A stretch of DNA of 56,347 nt, filler included, from Stramenopiles sp. TOSAG23-3 (taxonomy: Eukaryota): assembly GCA_900128585.1 (NCBI GenBank). It is 4 parts of 4 records of this genome, joined end to end, with 100 filler letters (N's around TTAATTAATTAA, not from the genome) between each part and the next. Parts side by side here need not be neighbours in the genome. Positions count along the whole stretch, not along the records: positions 1 to 25,993 come from LT642280.1; 3 more parts are not named here. One strand, given 5' to 3'. Of the stretch, positions 9,126 through 18,241 are shown one piece after another. Each line of letters opens with the position of its first letter. Position 1 is the first letter of the stretch. The notes beneath the pieces are model-generated. The model made no database searches. It saw nothing but the letters and a program-made list of their open reading frames with translations, and was not told the origin of the DNA. The position numbers were made by a program, and so were the translations under genes.

Positions 9126-11522
9126 ATGAGTGAGGGTCCCGTTGCCCAGGAGAAAAGCGTTCCTCCCGAGCAGGCGCCATCTTCGCCCCAGGGTGATTCT
9201 TCCTCTGCTGACAAATTCCCAAAGAAGCGAAAGTCCATTGTGGCGAGGCTGTTTGATCACGGTCCCAACTTTGCCCGTGCTCGGTCCGGATCGGATGACA
9301 AAACTAGCGGCTGGAAGAAAGCTGTCGGGTACGCGCCAGCAGTAATTCTGACCAGGGAGCAACAAAAGGAATTTCGAGAACAAGAAATGAAAAAGTTTGA
9401 GCTTCAGTTCCAAGAAGATACCAAGGTGACGACCAAACCTTGGAAATTGAAAGTGCTGGCATGGTTGGACTCGACCCCCATCGAGGTAATGATGATGATG
9501 CTGACGGTGTTCGCGCTGTACGGTGCGGACATAGCTAACGCCCACGGCACCAAAGAAGACATTGTGCCAATGAGTATCACGAACCTAGTTGTCATGATTG
9601 TGTTTTTGGTCGAGCTTGGGATCAATTCCGTGTGCAAGCCGGGCTACTTTCTTATGGGAAACTTTTGGCTCGATTTCCTCGCCGCAGCATCGCTCATTGG
9701 GGACATCAACTTCATCGCCGACGAAATCATCCCGTCTGGCTTTGCCGCAGCCCGCGCCGGGCGAGCGGCTAGGGCGGGGACCAAGGCCGGCCGTTTGGTA
9801 AAGCTGGTGCGATTGACGCGGCTGGTGCGTTTGGTTCGCATCGCACGCCTTCGAAAGTACATGAAACGCAAACAAAGGGTTTCGGTAGTGGACATGCGCG
9901 GAACCGAGGAGGAGAGGGAAATCCTTCGAAAAGCACGGGAACGGGACAAAAGAGCCAATGCCAACGAGAATACGGATGAAAGCGCTGACGGGATTGCGAA
10001 TGGTATAGCGGGCCTAACCACGTTCAAAGTTATTGTTCTGATTCTTCTTATGCTTTTGGCCATTCCCATGCTCCAGATAAACCCGCATGAAGTCGACAGC
10101 CGAGGCCACGCGTTGGTATCGCTGCAGTCCATTGCCGAATCATCAGACGACTCTACGCTGATCGCTGCGGGGGTAAGCTCGTTCAAAAACAACCCCGATA
10201 ACAAAGACTTGGTCCTTTGGATGCGTGTGAACGGATCGGACTTCGTTCCGAAAAACAATGACAAGATTGACAGCATGAGATCGGCGGACCTTCAGCCATA
10301 CGGGTATGGCGGCGCGTCATGCGGCACCAACTGCTATTTGTATGATGAAAAATTCCCTGCGCTGTTGGTGTACGATATCGAAGTGTTCAACCGCGCCGAC
10401 GCGACCAACTCTTGCTGGACGACAACCTTTATCATTGTTCTCATCATAGGGGCTATGCAGCTCTTTCGAATGGATGCGAACAAGCTGGCGGACCGTATGA
10501 CTGATCCGTTGGTAGTCCTATCAGAAGATATGGAACTTGTTTCAAACATGTCTTTGGGAACCACCATATCCCACAAGCCTTCAAGCGTGAAAGAAATCCG
10601 AAACATCCAACAAACGTTCTTGAGAATGAAGTATGGTCTTGGATCGTTTGCAAAGTATGTTCCCTACGAAGTTGTCAGGGGAATGATGTCGAGGGGAGAG
10701 GAAGCAGTTTTGGGCGTAGCGCCCAGAGAAATAACAATTTTTTTTAGCGATATAGCCGGGTTTACAACCATTTGTGAAAAGATGAAACCGAACGAACTGT
10801 TGATTCTGTTATCGGATTATTTTGCAGCCATGTCCACGCTGATTAGCCAAAGCGACGGGACGCTGTTAGAATTTATCGGGGATGCTATACTGGCCGTCTG
10901 GAACGCCCCCATGGCAGTTTCCGACCACGCATACCAATGCGTAGAGCAAAGCATAAAAATGCACTCTTACCTCGACAAAATGCAACCAGAATGGGCTGGA
11001 AAGGGCTATCCTCCTATAAAAATAAGGTGTGGGATTCACACTTCAACTGTGTTTGTAGGAAACATCGGGTCGCCCGACCGAATGAAGTATGGGGTTCTTG
11101 GGGATGGGGTTAACTTAGCCTCGCGTCTGGAAGAACTGAACAAGCGGTACTCGACCCGAATGATGATCTCGATCAATACTCGAACAAAGCAAAAGGTTAC
11201 AGACCACTTTTTAATTAGACCACTGGATGTAGTCGCAGTCAAGGGGAAATCAAAAGGGACCGCAATATTTGAAGTTATGGGGCGTTTGAAACACGCTGAT
11301 GATTTTGAAAAAAGTATACAGCAAGCCCATGAGCAAGGTTTTCAGTTTTACCAGAAGCAAGAATGGGACAAAGCAATTGAAAAGTTTGATGAAGTCATAA
11401 AAATTCGTGGTGGTGCGGATGTAGCTGCGCAGTTGATTAAAGACCGCTGCATAAGCATGAAATCAAATCCTCCTCCGGCAGGGTGGGATGGGTGTGAAGT
11501 CCTGAATCAAAAACACTTTTGA
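9126..11522 (+). CDS. Membrane class III nucleotidyl cyclase: voltage-sensor-like 6TM region, HAMP-like linker, cyclase domain, TPR-like tail; predicted guanylyl cyclase
   Basis: S1-S4 with Arg-rich S4 (RAGRAARAGTKAGRLVKLVRLTRLVRLVRIAR); catalytic motifs FFSDIAGFT, LEFIGDAIL, IRCGIH, KYGVLGDGVNLASRLE; FAKYVP linker and PPPAGWDG tail as in bacterial class IIIb enzymes. Confidence 0.88.
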   Translation: MSEGPVAQEKSVPPEQAPSSPQGDSSSADKFPKKRKSIVARLFDHGPNFARARSGSDDKTSGWKKAVGYAPAVILTREQQKEFREQEMKKFELQFQEDTKVTTKPWKLKVLAWLDSTPIEVMMMMLTVFALYGADIANAHGTKEDIVPMSITNLVVMIVFLVELGINSVCKPGYFLMGNFWLDFLAAASLIGDINFIADEIIPSGFAAARAGRAARAGTKAGRLVKLVRLTRLVRLVRIARLRKYMKRKQRVSVVDMRGTEEEREILRKARERDKRANANENTDESADGIANGIAGLTTFKVIVLILLMLLAIPMLQINPHEVDSRGHALVSLQSIAESSDDSTLIAAGVSSFKNNPDNKDLVLWMRVNGSDFVPKNNDKIDSMRSADLQPYGYGGASCGTNCYLYDEKFPALLVYDIEVFNRADATNSCWTTTFIIVLIIGAMQLFRMDANKLADRMTDPLVVLSEDMELVSNMSLGTTISHKPSSVKEIRNIQQTFLRMKYGLGSFAKYVPYEVVRGMMSRGEEAVLGVAPREITIFFSDIAGFTTICEKMKPNELLILLSDYFAAMSTLISQSDGTLLEFIGDAILAVWNAPMAVSDHAYQCVEQSIKMHSYLDKMQPEWAGKGYPPIKIRCGIHTSTVFVGNIGSPDRMKYGVLGDGVNLASRLEELNKRYSTRMMISINTRTKQKVTDHFLIRPLDVVAVKGKSKGTAIFEVMGRLKHADDFEKSIQQAHEQGFQFYQKQEWDKAIEKFDEVIKIRGGADVAAQLIKDRCISMKSNPPPAGWDGCEVLNQKHF

Positions 11523-11646
11523 AGGGGGAGTCAGAGAGAGTAAAAAAGATAAGATATATCAATATTGGTAAAGCGTAAGTTTATTTTTAAAACAAAACGT
11601 TTATAAAAATTAAAAAAATAACCTTGAATTAATTCAGAACTCCTAA

Positions 11647-11829
11647 TATGACGTTATATCCAGACGTGAAGGATTCATTTTCAAAGGCAAAAGTGGTGTT
11701 CTTAGCTCTTCTGGGGCGTCCGAGCGCATTGCGAAGGTAATGATGACGGTTGTGCTAGCAGCTAGCGCGCACCAAATGCGTCATAGCTTTGCAACATAAG
11801 CTTTGCAGGCTGGACATCAAATTGAAACG
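11647..11829 (+). pseudogene. Tyrosine recombinase/integrase fragment (box II region) with an in-frame stop
   Basis: Manual translation from 11647: YDVISRREGFIFKGKSGVLSSSGASERIAKVMMTVVLAASAHQMRHSFAT*ALQAGHQIET, matching the HxLRHSFATxxLxxG signature. GC-rich island in an AT-rich spacer; absent from the ORF track. Confidence 0.7.
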
Positions 11830-11924
11830 AAAACAAGAAAATTGGCTGTTATTTAAGTAACATATCATATGTAATTAAATTTAGCTTCCTCTTCCCGATA
11901 ATTTAACCAATTTTTTGTTTTTAA
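11830..11924. repeat. Dispersed gene-3'-end repeat family copy, with degenerate inverted partner
   Basis: AAAACAAGAAAATTGGCTGTTATTTAAGTA at 11830; inverted CCAATTTTTTGTTTTTA at about 11907-11923. Confidence 0.7.
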
Positions 11925-11972
11925 TTTAGATATATGATATACTAAATTCAGGTTTTTTTTTAAGTTTTATAT

Positions 11973-14864
11973 TTACCTATCGGTAGTGAAAATTCTACCA
12001 CGAAAGAGTTTTCCAGTTAAAATCTTTTTCTTCTTCCGCTGCGGCGGCTGTGGAATTAAAGATCGTGGTTTCGTAATGCGCCGGGACGGTGGTGGAATAG
12101 GAGGAATTTCTGTTGCACCCACTGCCATATGACGGTTCGGTGCTGGAGCGTTTGTGTTCGGTTGGTATTCTTGTGCTAAACTCTTGCGCCACATAAATTC
12201 CTCAGCATCGGAGCATGAAGGTTCATTTTCGGGAAGTGTTTCACTGTTCTCAGCTTTGCTGGTACATTTTCCTTTTATCTGAGGGGGTTCCACGGGTTGA
12301 GACCGTATGTACATGTCTTGGGCACGTTTTAAGGCGTTGAGGGTTGTTGTTTGATAGGGTATGTGCCGGTGGTCTTTCATGCATTCCATCGGTTTCGGCG
12401 GCTTCCTAAGGAACACATCAGCTCGCTGTACGTGGGCTGTGGCTTTCCCATGGGAGGTGTGCGGTGGTTCTTGACAGCTTGGGGATAAGAAGTTTCGAAA
12501 ATTTTGTTTGCGCTGAAGTAAAACTTTTATACTGTTCAATGTTTCCACCGGGAAACTTATGCCTGCCTGCTCGCGTGTTATTGAATACGCGATGACGGGG
12601 CCGATCGTGCGAATGGTGTTTGGCTCGACGGATAGTTTCACGAGCCTTTGAAAGCTTGAATATTGATACTTGCGGAAAAGCGCTGAGTATCCGACAAGTG
12701 CCGTATCGCCCAATTTGCTCACAACTGCCCCGGTAGTGCCGTCAAGGACGGCCAGCTCGCCCCTGGCAATAAAAAATAGTTTTGATGAGCACTCTCCTCT
12801 TTTTACCAAATCAACATTTTTTTCTACGTGCTGCAAATGCATGTACGGTAAGAAACGATAGTGTTTGTTCAGTGACCAAAGTCTTAGCTCAGGGATGCGT
12901 TTTATCAACCTATATTTGTCTCTGTTTGTATTGCTGTAGCGGCCAGAGGTGTGTGTGGCCGTTCCTTGAAGCTCTGCCTTCTGCCAATAATGTTTTGAGA
13001 TTTTTATCAAAATGCATTTGGTTGTAGCAATAGCAGTAGTCGGTCGCATGCCTATTTCTAAAACGGCCAAGTCGCCAAATGTGTCTCCGCTGGAAAGCGT
13101 TGCTATATTGTGGAGGGTTTTCGTGCCTTCGTACACCAGGTTGACTTGTCCAGCAAGGACAACAAAGCACGCCGCGCCGTGCTCGCTTTGACTGTACACG
13201 CGCTCCTGTGCCGGTGTATGGGCGTATGACAGCCCATCTGTCAACGTTACCATTTGGCTCTTGCTCCAATCCCCGCACCTTTCCTTCACCATATTGCACG
13301 TATAGAGCAGTGAAATCAAAAAGTTTTTCTCGAGCTTCGACCGGTCGTTGTTAATCAACGATTTCATGCAAAACCGGTGTAGTAATGAGAGATTTTTTGT
13401 GTCGCTTGCAGCCTTGACTTCGTTTGCGTCCAATTGTAAACTTGAAAGCAGTGCTTCCGAGTTTTTCGAATTTAAATTCTCCAAAAGTCGCTCGTAAAGG
13501 ACGCACCGCGTTGGTAATTTGTCTGAACGCACCATGTTTCTGGAAGCCCTAATTATCCGTGCCCGGAATGACGACCCATTACGTTGCTCTAAGCTGAGGG
13601 ATAGTTTTTCTACCAGCGCACTCGTTGCTTCTGACGTTTTCTTCGTGGTCAATGCATCACTTTGCACCATGTCGGTAACAGCCTGGTCTCTTGTAAAGTC
13701 TTTGAATAACAGGCCATCTTTGTCTTGCAAAATGTTCGTATCCGCGAGTCCATGCCGAATTTCATGCTGGTACGAAAGCATTTCCTTCACTTCGAAGAGG
13801 TGCTCATGGCATTCTTCTTCTTTTATGACAATGCACAAAATGTCGGTTGCGGCCGTCGCCGTTTCCGTTCTATTTTTTCCCTGGCCACTAATAAGGAACG
13901 CTTCTCCAAAGTAGTCGTGGGCCTCTCGAACACGAATTTCATGCGTCCACTTTCTGTGTATATTTGCTGGAACGGAAAGGGATATTTTCCCATCTATTAA
14001 CATGTACAAGTGCTCGGCAACAGAGCCAAATTCGTAAACGATGGAGCCTTTTGGGTAGACCTTTGTTTTCGATACCAAACATAAATTTTTCAACGCCCGT
14101 AACGATAAACTGCGAAATGCAACGATGTTCTGGATCGCCCTCATTCGAAATTGCACTTGTTTCTCTGTGTGTAGTTGCTCGTTCTCGCCAAGGACAGAGA
14201 GGAACCGCTGCTTAGATAGCTCCATACAAACACAATCTTCCCTCGCCACAATCGTGGCCGTGCGAATGCAATGTTCCGATAGCAATGCCTCTTCGCCGAA
14301 CCACTCGTGCGCATGCTTGTACCCTACAATGTGCTCCTCTTCTGTGGGGTTATTTGTGTCTTTCTTGTGCAGGACAACAACAGACCCTGCTTTTATGATG
14401 TAGAACTTTGCGCCAGGTTCGCCTTGCTTTACAATCGTCTCGCCCTTCTGAAACTCACTCTCAGCCATATGCTTTGCAACTTGTTCGAGCTTCGTCTTTC
14501 CGATCTGTATTGCCAGGCCTTTTATCTTTGATAACATTTCGGCTCTATTTCGTAGTTCCAGAGTGGCCCCTAGGTCTCTCTCGTTTTTCAACAGCATCTT
14601 GCCATGCAACTGTTTCATACGCATTTCCCGCAGAAAAGGATCCACCAATCTCCCTTGGCGTTCATATTTTCTAAGGTAGGAGGTTGATTTCCTTCCTTTG
14701 CATCTATGGTTATTCTTCATGGCAAATATGATTGGTGGAAAGCATAGGAATCTCCTTTGCCATGACTTAATTTGAGAGGTAAAATTGTACATTTGTGATG
14801 TGACTTTGCTTTGTGGTTTGGCGGTATATAAAAATGGACCATTGTTGAACATGAATGTGATCAT
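11973..14864 (-). CDS. Multi cyclic-nucleotide-binding domain protein (about 4 CNB domains, no kinase domain)
   Basis: 963-aa ORF (true start may be ATG 14720). CNB motifs GETIVKQGEPGAKFYIIKAG...WFGEEALL..RTAT, YFGEAFL..RTET, TFGDLAVL..RPTT, plus a degenerate fourth copy; disordered C-tail. Confidence 0.85.
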   Translation of the reverse strand: MITFMFNNGPFLYTAKPQSKVTSQMYNFTSQIKSWQRRFLCFPPIIFAMKNNHRCKGRKSTSYLRKYERQGRLVDPFLREMRMKQLHGKMLLKNERDLGATLELRNRAEMLSKIKGLAIQIGKTKLEQVAKHMAESEFQKGETIVKQGEPGAKFYIIKAGSVVVLHKKDTNNPTEEEHIVGYKHAHEWFGEEALLSEHCIRTATIVAREDCVCMELSKQRFLSVLGENEQLHTEKQVQFRMRAIQNIVAFRSLSLRALKNLCLVSKTKVYPKGSIVYEFGSVAEHLYMLIDGKISLSVPANIHRKWTHEIRVREAHDYFGEAFLISGQGKNRTETATAATDILCIVIKEEECHEHLFEVKEMLSYQHEIRHGLADTNILQDKDGLLFKDFTRDQAVTDMVQSDALTTKKTSEATSALVEKLSLSLEQRNGSSFRARIIRASRNMVRSDKLPTRCVLYERLLENLNSKNSEALLSSLQLDANEVKAASDTKNLSLLHRFCMKSLINNDRSKLEKNFLISLLYTCNMVKERCGDWSKSQMVTLTDGLSYAHTPAQERVYSQSEHGAACFVVLAGQVNLVYEGTKTLHNIATLSSGDTFGDLAVLEIGMRPTTAIATTKCILIKISKHYWQKAELQGTATHTSGRYSNTNRDKYRLIKRIPELRLWSLNKHYRFLPYMHLQHVEKNVDLVKRGECSSKLFFIARGELAVLDGTTGAVVSKLGDTALVGYSALFRKYQYSSFQRLVKLSVEPNTIRTIGPVIAYSITREQAGISFPVETLNSIKVLLQRKQNFRNFLSPSCQEPPHTSHGKATAHVQRADVFLRKPPKPMECMKDHRHIPYQTTTLNALKRAQDMYIRSQPVEPPQIKGKCTSKAENSETLPENEPSCSDAEEFMWRKSLAQEYQPNTNAPAPNRHMAVGATEIPPIPPPSRRITKPRSLIPQPPQRKKKKILTGKLFRGRIFTTDR

Positions 14865-14998
14865 CAGTGTAACGAATATTAAATGTGGTGGTAAGGAAAA
14901 AATAGCTATAATATATATAATAAAAATAATAATAATAATAATATAATAGTCGACGACTATTATATAAATTATATCTGCTGCTTTTTGGTCTGTTTATT

Positions 14999-15053
14999 TA
15001 AAAACAAGAAAATTGGCTGTTGTTGTTATTGAAGTAATTAAAATTAATGTACT
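14999..15053. repeat. Dispersed gene-3'-end repeat family copy
   Basis: TAAAAACAAGAAAATTGGCTGTTGTTGTTATTGAAGTAATTAAAATTAATGTACT matches the copies at 11830, 21406, 41110 and 54748. Confidence 0.7.
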
Positions 15054-15216
15054 TATCTAGACTCTAATATACTTCAAGTGTAAAATTTATCTTCTTCATA
15101 TCATTAGGTTCCATTATATTCCTTTTTAAAATAATAGTTTATTTTAGTGTCTATTTATCAACCACAGCAGAGACGACGTCCCAAGTCTTTTCGAGCTGTG
15201 ATCTTGAAATCGTCAT

Positions 15217-16797
15217 TCAAACCTTCATGTATATCACTACGTCTTGACCGCGCGACAGATGCTCAAAGATGACGCGGGTTGCGTAGCTTGCTTTTTGGAC
15301 GAAAAACTTTGAGTTTACATAGACGGTACCACAGGCCATTGGCGTGTCCCAGTCCCTTGTGGGCCACTCCCCTTGCTTCAAATCCGAGTAACTCTCCAAC
15401 ACGACGACATCGTGGCCGTCGTACACGATAGAATTAGTACACTTTCTCCAGGGACGGCTTTGGCACAACAACGCAGGGTCGTTGCCGTCATCGCCGCCGG
15501 CTTGCTCCAATATGCTTTCGCTTACATTTTTGAATTCTACGAGGGGCAACTTGGCGGCCCCGGAGGCTATGCTTACTATACGTTTGTAGACCACCTCGGG
15601 CGATTCGGTTGCCACTTTGTTCGACACTATCAAAAAATTCTTTTCAAACGCGCACGTCTGCAGTACTAGCTCAAAATAAATCCCATTCAAGATATCCAAA
15701 TCTACCAAAGGGACAACGCTCCTGTCTGTGGCTGTGGTTTTTTGAGCGTATTCTACTAGATTGCGATGTGCAACAGACGGCTCCGAAGCGACGAACACAT
15801 TCAACACTTTGCATGTAGGCGACCCGCCTTTCGGCCGCGCTCTAATCGCCAGGCCAGACTTCGCCACCATGTTGTTGAAAAACGTGCGGTAGCAGTTCAT
15901 CTGGTAATCTGTTAAGCGGCCCTTTCTGAAATCGAGAAGGGCCTTCCCAAAAAGCCCCACGGGGCTGGCATCGGAAAATGCCATTCGCGTTGCCGGCGTT
16001 CCGCCCCCTAACTTCACCGTGTTGAAGCAGTGATCCAGGGTGCCCATCCCAGTCGACAAACAATGAATGTGCCACGCTAAGGAAATCTCTGCCGGGTTCT
16101 CCGCCTTTGCCGAGAGCAACGTATGCTCTTTTTCGTGGCCGAACACATGCAATCGAGCGGTCTCGTTGGACGAACGCCCTTGAAAAAAAGAAAACGTCCC
16201 CGCAGCTGCAGATCCCGGTAGACCCATTATCGTCACTACCAATGGCTCGTGCTTGTCACTGCGGTCGTTTGCGCTTGCTTGCGGCGCCGACAACCCCGCC
16301 CGCGGTGCGTCGGAGCTTGCTGCAGAGGGTGCGCTCCCTGAGCACGTTGCCTCCGACTCAGTATTGGCACTTTCAGCATCAAGCGCGTCGCTTCGTCCCG
16401 CGCTGCTTTGTTCCACTACTTCGTTCACCAACTGCTGCAATTCATCGTCCTCCCCGATAATCTCTTCAATGTGCTTTGGGTCGATTCTTGGCTTCTTTTT
16501 CTTCCTCCCAGCATTCGCATCTGGGACAGTCCTCACTTCGTCCAGGCTTCGTTTCCCGGCCGCGTTCAGAACCTGCGCGGTGACATGTTCCAACACAGCA
16601 GCAAGAAATACAGGAACGTTTGGTGCAACTTTTGGCTTGGCTCCCAATAGATCCGCCTGTGATGATTCCAGCGCTTGAAGCACGTGAGAGCTTGAAAACA
16701 GCGGCTCTTCGGAGAATATCGAACTTATACTAGATGCCGCCCCAGACGACGCTCCCGAGGTGCTTTTCTTCTCGGTACCTTTACCGGCCTCCGACAT
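15217..16797 (-). CDS. Histone H2A-fold domain fused to a degenerate deoxynucleoside-kinase-like P-loop domain
   Basis: First ATG 16797. KVAPNVPVFLAAVLEHVTAQVLNAAG...KKPRIDPKHIEEIIGEDDELQQLV aligns with H2A ([25 protein letters not shown]...[24 protein letters not shown]). Then an Ala/Ser linker, VVTIMGLPGS (eroded P-loop), LTDYQMNCYRTFF, VFVASEPSVAHRNL and LDILNGIY in dNK-like order. Confidence 0.75.
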   Translation of the reverse strand: MSEAGKGTEKKSTSGASSGAASSISSIFSEEPLFSSSHVLQALESSQADLLGAKPKVAPNVPVFLAAVLEHVTAQVLNAAGKRSLDEVRTVPDANAGRKKKKPRIDPKHIEEIIGEDDELQQLVNEVVEQSSAGRSDALDAESANTESEATCSGSAPSAASSDAPRAGLSAPQASANDRSDKHEPLVVTIMGLPGSAAAGTFSFFQGRSSNETARLHVFGHEKEHTLLSAKAENPAEISLAWHIHCLSTGMGTLDHCFNTVKLGGGTPATRMAFSDASPVGLFGKALLDFRKGRLTDYQMNCYRTFFNNMVAKSGLAIRARPKGGSPTCKVLNVFVASEPSVAHRNLVEYAQKTTATDRSVVPLVDLDILNGIYFELVLQTCAFEKNFLIVSNKVATESPEVVYKRIVSIASGAAKLPLVEFKNVSESILEQAGGDDGNDPALLCQSRPWRKCTNSIVYDGHDVVVLESYSDLKQGEWPTRDWDTPMACGTVYVNSKFFVQKASYATRVIFEHLSRGQDVVIYMKV

Positions 16798-17542
16798 TAT
16801 ACACTGGCAACAAAAAACACCCCCCACGCGCGTATAAAACGTCAGTCAAAAGCTAATCTTTACTCGTTGATTGTGCACGCGCTGATAAAAATCAAATCGC
16901 AATAAAGTGGATAAAATCGTGTTTCTGCGCATTCATATACTTCTTATTCATAAATCATTCTTATTTCTATCAAAAGGTACTATTCTTGAATTATTACAGC
17001 ATCATCATTCTTCTACTACCGTACCCTTGGATGGTGGTATATTCAAAATAACACAAACGCACACGTTGGAAGGAAGAGGAGAAGGAGAAGGAGAAGGAGA
17101 AGGAAGGAAGGAAGGAAGGAAGGAAGGAAGGAAGGGTCGATGAGGCGGGCTGCTACGAGGCGATAGGTGCGCTTCTCTTTCCTTCTTCGCTGGCGGCGAC
17201 TGTGTGCTGAGTGTCTGTGCGTGCTGGCTGCTGGCATGCTGGGTGCTGGCCTTTTTTCTTTTTTTGGATTGCTGCATGAAGCGGATGATTGATCGGTAAA
17301 AAGTTAAAAAATATATTAAAGAAATATTATAGATTTAAAATTCTTATGCAACTCTATGCTTAATAAACAGCCATACGCCGTGCGTTGTTTACATCTACAA
17401 AAGTATAAAAAAAACAAAAGCAAAGTTAAACGGGTATTCTTCCACAAAGTTTGTGCCATAAATTCTACTAAGCGCCCCCAGCCCATACGTGCCTCTTCGT
17501 TTGCATTTAGAGGGTGCGGGTCAATCAAACACACAGACCGCT

Positions 17543-18014
17543 ATGAACGTGGGAAACAGCGGAGGGGTCCAGGCTCATAGGATGGGGGGGGGCATGGGCG
17601 TGGTGCACGGCCAAGGCAGTGGGGGGGGGATGGGGATGTCTTTGCATTTTTCACGAGGCGTCAGTTTGTTGTTTCCAGGTATGGTGACAACGTCGACTGG
17701 GGAATACGCTCTTGCTTTAGGTTTTATGATAATCCTAGGATTTCTACGGGAAAAGTTGTCATCAGTTAGGGTCAACTTAATATTTCGGCCGACGAGTTCG
17801 AACCCAAACTCTAGGCAGGAACGTGTTCTCACAGCCTTGTTTGCGGGGGGGGGGTTATGTTTACGATTTGATGCTTATGCTGTTTGCGATGTCAATGAAC
17901 GTAGGAGTTATTTTTTCCATTGGCATGGGCATCTCGCTCGGCCATTTCTACTTTGCAGACGACACCTTGAACGAAATGCGCAAGACTGTGCTCGCCTCTG
18001 GGTGCTGCGCGTAA
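17543..18014 (+). CDS. CTR: Ctr-family copper transporter, split by a +1 frameshift in a G10 run
   Basis: Met/His/Gly-rich N-terminus, MSLHFS..LLFPG and TM1 in one frame; MLMLFAMSMN (MxxxM), GMGISLG (GxxxG) and GCCA end in the next frame. G10 at 17845-17854; G9 restores a single ORF. Confidence 0.8.
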
Positions 18015-18241
18015 CGGCATGTGCATAGTGAATCGTTCTGGGAAGGGGGAGGGGGGGCGGCAGAGAATGGTCAGTTTAACAATCTTACATGCGCGAGCTT
18101 TGCATCGTCGGGTTTACTATCTCTACTAAAATGTGAGTATGTACAGTTTATTTTAATCACAACCATGTTTTATGTGATTGTCTCCGAGATAGGGGCCCAC
18201 CAGCCGGTCGCGTAAAGAATTTTCTTATTTTTTCCCTCCAA

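Noticed and set aside
15151-15219. Possible TGA read-through or selenocysteine at the end of the H2A-fusion gene (22 further open codons)
   Set aside because: No convincing SECIS stem or redox motif; a short open stretch is expected by chance.
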